Shown: piece by piece, positions 25,301-39,330 of the stretch
How positions within the stretch are numbered: position 1 is the first letter of the stretch
Layout of the letters: each line of letters opens with the position of its first letter
From: Mizuhopecten yessoensis
Lineage: Eukaryota
Reading direction: 5' to 3'
Length of the DNA: 64,000 bases
Assembly: GCF_002113885.1 (NCBI RefSeq)
Contig: NW_018407364.1
Span: 1,767,456-1,831,455, forward strand
The notes under the pieces: generated by a model
The model's input: the letters and a program-made list of their open reading frames with translations, nothing else
Database searches by the model: none
What the model was told of the DNA's origin: nothing
Program-made: the position numbers and the translations under genes

Positions 25301-28300
25301 AGCAAAAACAGAAAAGGACCAACTTCTATATAGGTAAATACTATTATTGTAACTCTTATATCAGGATTTTCTACAATGAATCAAAGAATACACCGCCCGG
25401 AATATAGATTCTTCATTAGAAGTTCATTGCTCATAGCGACAAGGGAACCATTCGCGTTTTCATGCGCATATTTGTGGAGTACTTTGGAGTGTTTTCTCGT
25501 TATATTGTTGTAAACCTGGAAGCGTTTAGTCATTTACTAGTGCATTCATTTTATTGAATGTCCCCGAAGCTGTGTTCATAAACTTGGCGCGTATTTTGAA
25601 AGACAGAGTTTTCAACATAAATCTATGTTTGATTAACTTTTTGATACCTAATATCTCTTCTGCCACAAACTACTTGAATATTTTCACCTGTGCTTTGAAC
25701 TTGCAAAATATAAATATTCTGATGCACTTGTTAACGTCTATATGGTTGATTGGGATATCCTTTGAATATCCTAAATCTAAATGAACATCAGAGCTCAATG
25801 TAAAGGTGGGTTATCAATTTCAATGAATTACCTTGGCAATTTTTTAATATAACAACTGCTAAATGTGTTAATATACGGAATTAGGGAATAACTGATGTCC
25901 TTCTGTCTTTTAGTTATCCGATGCGATCGACACCAAGCCATATCTGATTATGATTAATGACTTTTGACGTGTACCTTTTACCATGTGTTATCAGGTTGAG
26001 TAAGCTGGCAGGGGCCAAGTTATCGGACAACAACCCTGAAATTACAGATCTCAGCGATCCCAACCGTCCACAGAAGCTGTCTCAGATATACAATGAACTG
26101 TACGACAACGCATGGATGGAAGCCATTGATTCGATGCCTAAGACGAATGACAAAGGAAACATTCACGTTCTCCTGAGCATATTTGTGGTATATCTTTACA
26201 GCGTTATTTTCGTAATACTGTTTTTAACGTGAAGGAGCTGAATCTTGAACTAGCGCGTTCTGTGTTATTTTATATGGACAATTTGTATATGACACTTGTT
26301 CGGTTTTATTTATGTATTTGTTTTGTTAGGTGATATGAAGGCAGTGTCGATATATGATTACCTCTTTTATTTTTGTGATGACACAACATTCCTAGGAAAT
26401 GTGCAAACAAAACCGAACAAGTGTAGGAAAACAAATATTCTGTATAGTCAAATATTAATATAAGGAAATCGGTTTCTGTTTATCAGCTTCTGTCATTTAA
26501 ATATATTTGTTAACTTTGTTTCATTTTCGTGTTTGTTAAGCAGCGTTATGCGCTATGATTTCGTACAATATTCACATTATAATTTCACACAACTAAAATA
26601 TATTAATTCAGGAAATCTGGAAGTTTTGTGAGAATCTAGGAAAACATCAGCTGACAGCAATGGAGAATATAATGCTACAACCATGGCAGACCTCGCATAC
26701 GGTATGGTAACTTTGGTAGTAGTCCGAATTATTCTGACGTTTTATCGACTTTTTGACCATATCGGTCTGTCGTCGATTAACGTCAGAACTCCGGTCCTCT
26801 ATAATATGCGGGAAATATGCGACCCGTGCCCGGAGCGCACTTCAAACTGATATTTTGGAAACAAATCGTGGTACTTTGGTAGAAGCTTTACACTTAACGT
26901 ATCTTAATAGTACAGTTAACGTGTGCTAAGTTTGTCCATTTTGTCCAATAGTTACTAGAAATACGAATTAAGGAAACGCCTGTTTGAAGAATTATAGTGT
27001 TGATGCATTTAACAATTTCCTTAAAATTAAAAATTCAAGATTTTTAAATATGTAAATTAGCTAAGACCAAAACAAAAATCATAAGTCATTACCCAACACA
27101 AGGTAAACCATTTTGAATAATTCCTTTTGATGCAGACCGTTAGTATTGGGAACGATTTGAATTATATATAATATTATTATATGTGTAATGCGACTTGCGG
27201 TTTGTGAACAAGTAAGTTCCAGCATTACTTCATGAGATGTGATTTAATAATGGCATTCTTGCATTTAGTTATTTAATGCCACTTAACTTTATCGTTCCAG
27301 CATCAAATATTTGTGAACTGTGAAGTGACACTTGATGGTTTGTGTATTAATAAGAACTGATGTCACTCTAGCGTTAATTCATTAATTTGGATTTGATAAT
27401 GTCATTCTTTCACTTATTAATGTCGTTCGAGCATCGAATGTTTGTGTAATGAGACTTGGTGGTTTGTGTATAAATGTGACTCTATATGATGCCACTCTAG
27501 CTTTACTTCATTAATTGTGATTTGCTAATGTCATTCTTGCTTTTAGAGGTTTAATGAATCCTAATGATGTCGTTCCAGCATCAGTGAGACTTGTTGGTAT
27601 GTATGGAAATGAGATGTGGTGATGTTTCCCTAGGATTACTTGACTAATTGTGATTTAATCTTATGTCATTCTTGTACTACTTTGTTTACTGACAACTTCT
27701 GATGTCGTTCTAGCATCCGTTAGGATCCAGTGAGAATCGGTACCACATAGAGTTAATGAAAAGCATTAAAGATGCTCGTAAGATAGCTGCCATAGAGACA
27801 AGGAAGAGGCTGTTTAAGGTAAACTGTGTTTATTTCTACAATTTTCTTATGTCTTTGTGTGGCTGTTAAAGACGTCAACTTTCTGCACAATATCTTTTCA
27901 ATGTGATTGAGATTATTTAGCCTGTCTTAAAATGCACACAGGTAAACTTAACTCTTAAGGGGCTTTCCGTACCATATACATTTTTAGCTCACCGTGGCGT
28001 CCGTCAGTCAACAATTTCTATTAACGACTTCTACTTCTTAACCACTGATTGGAATTTAACTAAATTTGACTGGAAGCATTCCAAGTTGGTGGGAATTCAA
28101 AATTGTGCAAATGGTGGGGCTGACCCCCAGGGGGCTGAGGGGCGGGGCCAAAAGGGGGCAATTTGGCTATATTGCTTTAAGCGACTTCTCCTCTGGAACT
28201 AGGAGATGGATATAAACCATATTTGACTGGAAGCATCCCTATGTGGTGGATATTCAAAATTGTACAAATGGTTGAGCTCACCCCGCAGGGGGCTGAGGGG

Positions 28301-30748
28301 CTGGGCCAAAAGGGGACATTTTGGCTATATTGCTACAAACGACTTCTTCTGTAGAACTATGCACTGGATATCAATCATATGTAATCAAAGGCATTCATGG
28401 GAGGCAGGGATTCAAAATTTACAAATGGTGGGGCTGATCCCCGGGCTAAGGGATGGGGCGAAAACAAGTTTATTACTTGGAAGTGGTTGAGATCCCCACA
28501 ATATAACCATATATACAATTGCTGAGTATAAAGAGAAGAATGCACATTTGCTTCCAGGATGGCCCTACCCTTGGAGACATAGTCCTTGGGCCATACCTTT
28601 AAAACGGTTGAGATTCCCACCCCAAACTATATATACAAACGCTGGGCATAAAGAGACGAATGCTGTCATGATATCAGAATAGACCCAGGGGTCTGACCGA
28701 ACCCCTAGGGACCTAGTTTCTTAGTCACAGTTTGGAAACGGCTGAGAGCCCAACCCTATAACCATATATGCAATTGCTGAGTATAAAGAGATGAATGCAC
28801 ATATGCTTCCATAATGGCCTTGGGGACTGCCCCAACCTTGGAGACTTAACCCCTGGGTCATAACTTCGAAATGATGAAGATCCCAACCCCAAAACTATAT
28901 ATACAATTGTTGGGCATAACGAGACGAATGCAGTCATGATATTAGAATTGACCCTCGGGTCTGCCCCACCCTTGCAGACTTAACCCCTGGGTTATAACTT
29001 TAAAACTATATATACAATTGTTAGGCATAACGAGACGAATGCAGTCATGATATTAGAATTGACCCTCGGGTCTGCCCCACCCTTGCAGACTTAACCCCTG
29101 GGTCATAACTTTAAAACGGTTGAAATCCCCACCCCAAAACTATATATACAAATGCTGGGCAGAAAGACTCAAATGCAGTCATGATATTAGAATTGATCCT
29201 GGGGTCTGGCCACAACCCTATGGACCTAATTTCTGAGTCACAGCTTGGAAACAGTTGAGATCCCACCCCATAACCAAACATAAAACTGCTGGGCATGACA
29301 AATCTAATACAGATATGCTACAAGGATTGGCCTTGGGGTTTGGCATATTCCCTTAGATCTCATTTGGAGAATATTTGCCATGATTGCTTAGATATCCATG
29401 TGAGCTATAAGGCCCTCTGGGCTTTTTGTTAATATTTTAACTTTGTACATGAACATTCTGGAAACAATAAAGATTTATAATATAACAACGCGATACATAC
29501 TGTTATGAATATATCACTTTTGATATGTGGTCCGATCAGAAAAGTAGTTTCTTTCCACTGCATAGACTTTCAGTTTCAAGTTAAAATGAAGCGACGGCAG
29601 AATGAAGGGCTGTTTTGCGACATATGGGTCCCAATAGGGGAAATATAGGTAAAACCTTTATAATCCTTCTTCTACCATAGGGATTAAGGGAATTTAGGGC
29701 ATAGGGGTGGGGTTCTGTTTGAAGTTTGTTCTCGCTATATCTCAAGTACTGGATGGATCTTTCTGAAATTTCAGCACCTACCATGGAGTGTTATATCTTT
29801 ACTTCATACCAATTATTTTAAACATATTTAGGTGAGCGATACAGGCCCTCTGGACCTCTTGTTAAAGTATGGCACTCTTATGGCAGAATATACCGATTTT
29901 GTCAGAAAATTTATTTTAACAATTTCCTTAAAATTTAAAATTCAGGATTTTTAAATATATAAATTAGCTAAGAGCAAAACAAAAATCACAATTCATTACC
30001 CAACACAAGGTAAACCATTTTGAATCATTCCTTTTGAAATATTATATTTTGATACACAGAAGGAATCGATACTTAGTGCGAATTACCCTGGTTGTGGCTT
30101 CCGGAAATATGATGCGCTTCAGGAAAAAAACCCTTGTATTTCTCTACTGCAATGTATCCGGGCAGGGCATTGTCAATCATACTGAAAACAATTATAGAAA
30201 GAAACATTATGTTGCCCATTGTTGGGCAATAATAGACATTTTCCCAAAGGGCGATAATATTGCCAACACCAAATTGGAAACTCCGAACTTTTTCACTTGG
30301 TGTTTTGTCAACTTTGAAACTCGTGTTGACGCGAGCTCGTGCTGACGCGAGGTATCAAGGTTTCCTGGTCGTACGATGTGTTAACATGAATAAGATGTAT
30401 GGTCAAATGTATGAGGTATTACTATAATGCTGTCATGCGTTCTTATCTTTTCGTTTTGATTTTCAGCAATTCCTTCAAGAAAATCCCCAGTACGGAACTC
30501 ATAATGAGAAAGTAAGGCAATATGCCGAGGCATGTATAAACCTGTGTTGGCTCTGTGCCATTCAAGACCCACCTATCGAATTTATATACAATGTCAAGGA
30601 GGGGGAGAAGATAGACTCTGGATACTTCAAGCCGTATGAACGATCAGGAAAAACTGTCGAATATCTAGTGTGGCCAGCAATGTTGCTGCATAAAAGCGGG
30701 CCAGTTCTAACTTACGGTGTAGTACAAGTGGTCAAGGGAAAAAAATGA
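22368..30748 (+). CDS. MIEAP C-terminal-domain-like coiled-coil protein, paralog 2 (8 coding exons, 421 aa)
   Basis: Exons 22368-22396 (MSRSSRPLY), 23979-24279, 24912-24961, 25118-25333 (coiled coil), 25995-26187 (LSKLAGAKLSDNNPEITDLSDPNRPQKL...ELYDNAW), 26612-26701, 27714-27818, 30467-30748 (CWLCAIQDPP...YERSGKTVEYLVWPAMLLHKSGPVLTYGVVQ, TGA). Total 1266 nt in one open frame. The last four introns have the same positions and phases as in paralog 1. Confidence 0.87.
23177..23330 (-). repeat. Dispersed repeat with hammerhead-like core (Penelope-like remnant); second copy 56231-56387
   Basis: Two ~155-bp copies; the - strand reads CTTGACAAA-GGGACC-AGTC-GGTCTT-GAAACGTCG. Confidence 0.55.
24380..24760. 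mobile_element. Non-autonomous DNA element remnant (related ends at ~35200-35353 and ~47100-47390)
   Basis: Shared gagaaaaagaatc...ccctcgg...gatt(g/c)tataa-type terminal block with tgacgtca motifs. Confidence 0.45.
27170..27720 (+). repeat. Degenerate tandem repeat ending at the 27714 splice acceptor
   Basis: Recurrent gtcgttc(c/g/t)agcatc and aatgtcattcttg motifs at ~130-145-bp spacing. Confidence 0.7.
27981..29430 (+). mobile_element. HINE/Helentron-type element with internal tandem repeats
   Basis: tttttagctcac...gtgagct subterminal IR, 3' hairpin aggccctctgggct, two internal repeat types; a second 3' end lies at 29620-29863. Confidence 0.8.
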
Positions 30749-31676
30749 GTATTTCCCCATAAACATGTGTACACGTCTTCACGGACCACATCAAATCCCT
30801 TTCACAGACTGTATTGATATGGCATCCAGGACATCTTCAGGGTTCATGTTTGTTGATTTTTATCCAAACAACATTTTAATACTTAATTCATTTAAACATT
30901 TAACGTTAATATTTGATGGGCTTGTCTTATGCAGACAGTACTAATCTTTGATACGCCTGTACGCTAAAACCACATTAATGCGTTCAAATGCATGTATGTA
31001 TAGTTTATTATCATGCATAGACGATATTTGTCAACAAACTCGTTAACAAATAATTAACTCGAAGCATTCATAAAAGGAGCATGTTTTAAAATGTGCATTT
31101 CAAAGCCAAGTAACACAAAGTTTTACATTGTTCTCTAACAATGACATTTTAAACCAGCTGATAAAACGTTGTAACGTTGTTTTTTGTCTGATTTCGGATG
31201 CATTTGTACGATCAAATCGTGGTCGTATTTTATTATTTTATATTTTTATTTTAGATATATTTTATTATTGCTTTTAAGTATTTGTACGTTCAAATTGTTA
31301 AAATTCATAAAGGAAAGAAACGCTTGTCGACAGTATATATATGCATCATGCAACAATAGCAAAGTGGTTCTGATATTTTTATATATTTTTGGGGTATTAC
31401 CTAACCGCGATATTTTTAGCTTTCCCTTCGAAAACAACCCTTTCCGTCGCTCATGTATAGATATTTGTCGAGTAGAATCGATACTAATCCAGTTTCTGCA
31501 GAAACATTGAGGTTTTCAAACGGCTCATTTTTCTATTTATATATATATGTGTGTATTGCAAGATAATGAGATAAAACCCAAACCAACTCGACAAAGACGA
31601 TGCTGCTGATGATGATGACTAAACGAAGTCTTTATTTTATCGGCACGGATTGATTGTAGATTATAGGACCATGAGA

Positions 31677-32520
31677 GGCACGGTTTGGTTGTATTCTTAG
31701 GAAGCATACTGACGAGAGCCCCACATGTATTGGCATGGTTTCGTTGTATTCTTAGGAAGGATACTGAAGAGAGCCCAACTTTTATTGGGATGGTTTGGTT
31801 GTATTCTTAGGAAGGATACTGAAGAGAGCACCACATTTATTGGCATCGTTTCGTTGTATTTTTAGGAAGGATACTGAAGAGAGCCCAACTTTTATTGGGA
31901 TGGTTTGGTTGTATTCTTAGGAAGGATACTGAAGAGAGCTCCACATTTATTGTCATGGTTTGGTTGTAGTCTAAGGAAGGATCCTGAAGAGAGCCCGACC
32001 TTTATTGGCATGGTTTGGTTGTATTCCTAGGAAGGATACCGAAGAGAGTCCCACTTTTATTGGCATGGTTTGTTTGTATTCCTAGGAAGGATACTGAAGA
32101 GAGTTCCACTTTTAATGGCATGGTTTGGTTGTATTCTTAGGAAGGATACTGAAGAAAGCTCCACTTTTAATGGCATGGTTTGGTTGTATTCTTAGGAAGG
32201 ATACTAACGAGAGTCCCACTTTTATTGGCATGGTTTGGTTGTAGTCTAAGGAAGGATACTGAAGAGAGCCCCACCTTTATTGGCATGGTTTGGTTGTATT
32301 CCTAGGAAGGATACTGAAGAGAGTTCCACTTTTAATGGCATGGTTTGGTTGTATTCTTAGGAAGGATACTAACGAGAGTCCCACTTTTATTGGCATGGTT
32401 TCGTTGTTTTTTAAGGAAGGATACAGAAAAGAGACCAACATTTATTGACATGGTTTGGGGGTATTTTTAGGAAGGATACAGAAGAGAGCCCCACTTTTAT
32501 TGGCATGGTTTAGTTGTATT
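31677..32520 (+). repeat. 55-bp minisatellite, ~15 copies
   Basis: Unit ~ttggcatggtttggttgtattcttaggaaggatactgaagagagcccacttttat. Confidence 0.95.
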
Positions 32521-34113
32521 ATATGATATGCCGAGGGAACATTTCTTTTATTGCTGCTTACTTAAAAGCACGTCCACAGTTATTCGCACCCTCCCCCACC
32601 TCCACCCACACCCGCCGACCCCACCTCACAAACCATCGATTTATGTTTTTATTTTACATCTATTAGTCCCCTTACAATTACAAATTTAGGTTGATGGTCT
32701 GCATCACATAAACTCTGTGTTGTTACCTTTAGAATGCGATTCAATAGTGACTGCAGATTAAGTCCCTGCGGTGGACACGATGTTGAGTTACGCTGATGTT
32801 AAAATTTGAGTGGTATTATTTTAAGTTTTTTAAGCCTCTTTTTTAATGTCTATGGAATATTATCATCTTTTAAGTTTACATGATGATTGATGATCTACCA
32901 TCGAATTCTACGAATAGTGTGTTTTTGTTGTTTTGTGCATAAAGACCATTTGCATCCGGAGATAACTAACAACCTTCTTGATTTCCAATAGGAGCATACC
33001 TCTCTTACACGGTTTGCATTTAGATCCATTGAGGTATTATCTTATCACTGTATGACGGCACTCGTGTAGCTAGTGAAGCGTTTCTCTTCTGATGTCCTAT
33101 AACATTGCGGAAGGCCTGTTGGTCTTTTTCATTTACCTTCATGATATGGTTGTGACAGGTTTTACTTTTAAACACGAACACCAGAAAATATGTAATTATG
33201 TGTTTTTTTTAAAATTATTTTGAATAAAATTCGCTAGTTAAAAATGCGTTTGCTTTAATATCTCTTCCTTCATCATTCCCAAATTAGTTAACTGCAATTG
33301 GCTTAGATTCCACATTTCCGGGTCAGGATCTAATAAAATGTAAATAGATGGATTCTTTCAATTTCCTTTGTGAGTTTGACGGCTATAATGTGGATATGAC
33401 AATCCTTTCAGAAAAAGGACAGCTTACTGAGGACCACGACGCGCCACCTTCTAAAGTGAGCGCATTCTCATTGAATTATCTTGATTGTTTATTTTGTCAT
33501 TATGACAAAATTTATTTACCATCTGTCAGATTTGTGTCTAGCCTACCGAAGGTACCGATGACCATCTCATAGAAATGCAACTAAACCGTTGGAAAGAACC
33601 AGCAAGCTAAATGATAAACGAATACTCACATAAGAGGACAAACCTTGATTGTATCAAAAAGATTCGCTCATTTCATGTCATGACAAACTCGTCATTCAAA
33701 TTTGATTTTGATTCCTTAAGTAGTCATTTAAAAAACAAATGGCGTTTTAAACCAATCGATAGCGAGTGTATTTCCAAAGAACTGCGTGGACTCTTTTTAT
33801 GGTTGAATTACGAAAAAGCTGTTCTATATTCAACATGCAACAGCAACGCCAACATACCGATGCTTAACGGATGAATCGTCCTATATCTTATCCTTCTTTT
33901 TAACGTGTCACATAATTATTCTGTTGGAGAGAGGTCTAGGCTATTAGGGGGCATGCTTGCTAAACGAGGCCCCGCGCTGTCTGACTGGAACACAGTCCTC
34001 ACTGCTGTACCAGAGGAACAACACACGGCGCTATAACCTAGTTTCTGTAGCTGATGGAGGTACCATTTATCACAATAATGACAGTGAGTCATGGTGCCAA
34101 GTATAAGCTTTCC

Positions 34114-34396
34114 CACCCTCAATATCAAGGGGTTACGCTTACTTTCGCTCTCCGCACCCCTGGAATATGTCATAATAAATTTAAAGACACGCGGCTAGCT
34201 ATTTGATTGGTCTCGATTAAAAAGAACTGACCAATCACTAGGCTGATACCTGTCCTTTGAAGATTACAAAGGAGCGGCACTCGATCAAATTGGTCTTCTC
34301 GTCTCGTCCAAAAGGTACTGCGCATATTGATTTTGCTATGACATATTCCAGGAAGGAGAGATCGAAAGTAAGCGTGACCCCTGGATATCGAGGATG
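34114..34396. mobile_element. Complete MITE with ~65-bp TIRs
   Basis: caccctcaatatcaaggggttacgctt.../...aagcgtgacccctggatatcgaggatg. Confidence 0.8.
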
Positions 34397-35410
34397 AAGA
34401 TTTCTTAACACAATGATGAATGCCCTCCAAGCGGCTTTCTTTTAATGAACTCTCTTAAATGTTTTTTAATGTATATTAGCCAAATGTTAAATCGTCAATG
34501 GCTGAGTTTTGATGAGCTCCCTTATCTTATTTGATCTATTTATTTTTCTCTTGTTTATTATGCTATTGCTGTGTGTTGCATAAATGAGGTAAAGAAGACA
34601 GCATTGGGGAAGTTTTGATGGATTGTTTATTTTCATCGTTTTATTGTTTACACATCGCATTATTCAACTTGTACACACATATATAATATCGATGTATGTA
34701 TACATCTTTTTATACATGCACATATATGTATCAGCGTTTTCTCCCACCTCGGCGTATACCAGATACACATATACCACGTGGAACACCCGTTTTATATAAC
34801 TCTTTTTCACATAGATGTACAACGTGTTCCAGATTTGAAAACTTATTTCTAATTCTTGACTAAAGAGTGCATAAAAACAAACATTTGATTTCAAAGTGCT
34901 CAGTATCATACTGACTAATGTTCTAAAACGTAACGTCATTTTGATGCAATTAGTGACGTCATTAATTGACATTTTGGTCAACGGAAGAATAATCACCTGC
35001 AAAACACAATCAGTATCTGACTCGCCTAAAGGATTTTTTTTTTTAAACAAACTTGATGTGAAACGTTTCAAACCCTTTTGAATTATTCGGTATACCATAT
35101 TATCACAGCTCTTTCTAAATATTTTCATTGTACGATTTCTAGATATTCTACTTTATTGTTGCATTCTCGCTGTCATAATCATTTTTTTAACAATTTCACG
35201 TGTAAGAGGTGAGAGAAAAAGTGTCAATCATTATTTAGGTATATGAAATAGGGTAATTCTACCCTCGGGTGGATAAGTTGGGCTCAGACCTAAATTCTGC
35301 ACCCTCGGGTAGAAATTCCTTCTCCCACATACCCACATATGATTGAATCTATAAGTAGGAAATTGATATGAAAATCATTAATACAAAACATGCAGCATAT
35401 TCAGTTTAGA

Positions 35411-38400
35411 TCAGTCTAGACGTCTTGCAATATCAATGACAGCCTCCATTGCGTAGTTGTTTCCATTTGCACAGAGATTTTCTAAGGTGGACTTGACTCC
35501 TGCTGGTACCTTGATTGGCTCAAACGATCCTGTAATGAAGACAATATGCTATAGGGTATTGGAGAGACAATATCAGTATTGAGTCCGGGTATATTGCAGT
35601 TCATATTGCTATGGTATACTGAATCACCGACTCATACACTATTTTCGCTTTTTATCACATCCCTGGTTTAACATGGATTCTCGCAGATTTTTTCGTTATA
35701 TTTAACGGTTGGGAAAACAAAATGATTATTCATGGTACCAGCATACTTCATACAAATACAACACACTTTGGAGCGTATCAAAAGCATTATTGTTAATCCG
35801 TGTATCATACTTCCACCAGGTTCTGTGTTGTGAAGAAGTCGTTTTTGTTTTGTTGGTTTTGCATTTTGCCTAATATATCTAATCATGTTTAACCATATTT
35901 TATTTTACAACAACAGGAAAATGGTAAACGAAAATCATTTTACAATAGTTATACGAAATCAGCGTAAACCTTTCATTATGTGTAAAGTTGAAATATAAGA
36001 CTTACCGTTCTTGGTGACAACAGTATATTGAACCATGGAGTCTGCCATTGCGTGGAACCCCATACAGTTATAGCCAGACCTATCAGGTGTTCTGTCAATA
36101 CGAATATATGAAATGCTAACATATGTGACGTATTTTCATTGTTTACAATGGTTAAAGTACAGTTTGATTTCTGCCAATATGTCAGAATATAGCGCCCTAA
36201 GTCAGAATATAGCCAATTTGTTGACTGCATGCGCAATAATCTGAAAAATTGTTAAAAATCGAACTTCTGTTGTGCAACAGATTTGCCTACTGGAAACAGG
36301 TGAATAAGTTTTTATAAGTAAACTGAAAAGCCACACTGAAACTACATCTCCACGGTATGAAAAGTTCATAAAAAATTATGCAACCAAAATATCTTTTACA
36401 AATTCTGAATAAATAATTTCAATCTTTTCTTGAAAAATTAGTTTCGATTTTTTTCTTTTTGATCATGGTTAATTGCATTACAGTTAGATATGGGTTTTTG
36501 TTTTGTCAAAACGCCAGTTAGTTATTGATTTTTATAATTAATTATTGGTGAATAAAGAGACAGGGTACATTAACCACCGATTATATAAAAAATATTACTT
36601 ACAACAACAAGAAAAACATATAGTATTCATCAGATTCCTCACACTTGTACACGTTTGTGACGTCATTTAAAGTTCCAATGACTTCCGACCCCTCTATCTC
36701 TATACTGTCGTCCGTTCTGTGTGTATGGTCCTGCACACCGTCCCAATCCCCTCCGTATCTGTCACCAATATTGCAGGAACCTAAATGCACCAACAAAAAG
36801 TTAATAATAAAATGTCTGAAGATGTCTGAAGTAAGTCGTGATCTTGAAAACCACAGTAATTACTATGCGTACTTAACCCCTTAAGTAATTTGAAATAAAC
36901 CAGTACTTCTTTCTTAAATTTAAAATTATTATAATTACAATTCTTATGCACTTCCCTTTCTGTTTCAAGAATAATTTTCAACCAATTTTGATTGCCAAGA
37001 TTTTTTGCCCCTAACATCACCAATGAATCCTAAAGGGACCAAACAGCTGGATGATGCAATGTGATCAAATTTAGCATACTGTATCTGTTATCAATATCAT
37101 TTAAATAAGCTGCACGTGTTTGTGTTATGTTCATCTTTAACTTTGGCATTTTTTATGAATTATTTCGGTCGGTATATGTTCTCCATCGATAATATGAATA
37201 TGGATCATCCCGTCTAATTCTAATAAAATCAATAAATCAATGTTAAAGGGGCAAGCAAATAAATACAACATACGTCTACATGAATTACTATTCGAACAAG
37301 GGTATTAAGAACACATGAATCCTAAAATTATATTGGAAGAAATGACCGTCAGCTGGGACATGTATGTTATTTTATTTTGTTCACATTTTTGTCAATAAAA
37401 TTCACCCCTTCATTTTATTTTGAGAATAGAGAAGAGATACATTATACCTTTCTTAGTATTATTTAATCAATGGGGATACCTTGTAAGAAGACGTTATGTA
37501 TTTTGTGTATATTGAAACTCTCCCCAACAATAACAAAAGTGTAGTTCCTTTTACATTCTGCGTTCATTCCCGTCCAACCCCGATCCGCTCCTTTCAATTG
37601 CAGTGAAACATCTATTCTTGCCATTTAATCTAATGAATCACAAAGTTACCGAAATGACTATTCAACCTAGGTTTTCAAGAACATATGGATCCTCTGGCAA
37701 AATGACCTTGAGCGGGGACAACTCTGCCTTAATTTTCTGCTTAAAATGTATGCATATCTTCATATAAAAAATATATCCTTATTTTTTTGGGGAGAATGAG
37801 TCCATCAATCATGCCGTACTGTTATATCAACAGTTATTCCAGGCTAAGTAACAGTAACTTGAATTCCTTATTTTAGCTATATTATTATCGATATTATTTT
37901 GACATATGACGAAATAGAATCGTTACATATCCGAGTATTTTAGTAAAGAAGTATAACACTATGTCAAGCATTCCGACAACATAGTGAGTGCTTTTGATTA
38001 ACCTCACTACCTGTAAGTTTGAACCCTTGTGCGTATATAACATCCTGTCAAGAAAACTTTAATAGCTTAGACTAAATGTTAGTTACTCACCATAGACCGT
38101 CGTCGATAACACCGCCATACTAAACAGCATAAACAATTGCGCTTGAAACTGAAAAAAAATGGGAAAAAATGATAGTTACTTACGAATAAATAAAGGCCCA
38201 TTGTACTTTTGATATAATAGAAAATAACAGCCTCTCTAATTATTCGCATTTGTTTTGCTGGACGGAGTTATTCATCTGTTTGCAAAAGAAGTAAAATCAA
38301 CAAAAACTTGCGAACTTGTAGATTTTATATAATAAAGCATATTTCATTATCAATAAAAACGCGATAAAAATGTATGGTGCCTGGACAAAGTCACAATTAT

Positions 38401-38562
38401 ATTTCACTCGTCAAATAAACTGACATACAAAGTAAAACAACATTGAAAAACAGAGACGAACTATAATTTCATAAAGATAACACTAGCTTTAAGTTTACAG
38501 TATTTGAATTATCAATTAGGTCAATGGTATAAGTAGTACTATTGGCACTCTTTACTTACCAT
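35411..38562 (-). CDS. Secreted 4-Cys protein, paralog A (143 aa)
   Basis: Exons 38562-38560 (ATG), 38148-38091 (signal FQAQLFMLFSMAVLSTTVYG), 36780-36603 (SCNIGDRYGGDW...YKC...), 36079-36006 (SGYNCMGFHAMADSMVQYTVVTKN), 35529-35411 (GSFEPIKVP...LENLCANG...IDIARRLD*). GT-AG junctions, 432 nt in frame. Confidence 0.82.
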
Positions 38563-38631
38563 GGTGACGTGTTGAAAAGTCGAGGAACAGTTACCAATAA
38601 GTATCTGCTTTGTATGTACAAAACATCCGCC

Positions 38632-38639
38632 TTTATATA
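38632..38639 (-). promoter_or_regulatory. TATA box of paralog A
   Basis: TATATAAA on the - strand, 70 nt upstream of the ATG. Confidence 0.6.
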
Positions 38640-39235
38640 GCGATCAGCTGCAGCAGCATCTGTTATCCATATGGTCACCACACATTGAACAGGTCAATCA
38701 TAGGTCATGAAAAATAGCCACCAGCGATTTCAAGTATATTCTTATAATGAAATAAGTGCTACCTAGTAGAAACGCTTGAGGATCTTTGACATTAATATAA
38801 CCTAGTACACATTCTAGATGATATTTGTTGACACCGTAGATGTGTGAGTTATGTATTATTAAAGACTATAGTATCCCAAGCAGTTACCAGACAGGGAGTA
38901 CAAGAGCATTGTTCCTCAATATTTTGTTGGGTAGTTTTTTTATGTTTTAAAAGGAATCACATCTCATATAGTGGTACCTTAAATTTAGTTAGAAAAATAC
39001 ATGACGTTGATATAATATTGGGCGTTGCCGTTGATGGAATATATGATGATGCTATAGTCTTATACAGTACCTGTATCCGTGTATCATAATAACTTATATG
39101 GTCTACGGTATGTACGTCGATTTATATGTTATCCCATAATAGTTACCAGCAGATTTTACAACCAATTCGTTCTCTTTTAGTGTATTTTCCTTTAGATTTG
39201 TACACTTTTAACCTATTTTAGGTTAAAAACCTGCT

Positions 39236-39330
39236 GATGCGTCCTAAATGGATACAGGTCATGATGCGTCCTAAATGGATACAGGTCATGATGCGTCCTA
39301 AATGGATAAAGGTCATGATGCGTCCTAAAT
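39236..39330 (+). repeat. 27-bp tandem repeat, ~3.5 copies
   Basis: tgatgcgtcctaaatggatacaggtca. Confidence 0.9.

Noticed and set aside
33611-33874. ORF resembling a LINE ORF2 linker (WRFKPIDSECISKELRGL)
   Set aside because: Too short and degenerate to support a call.
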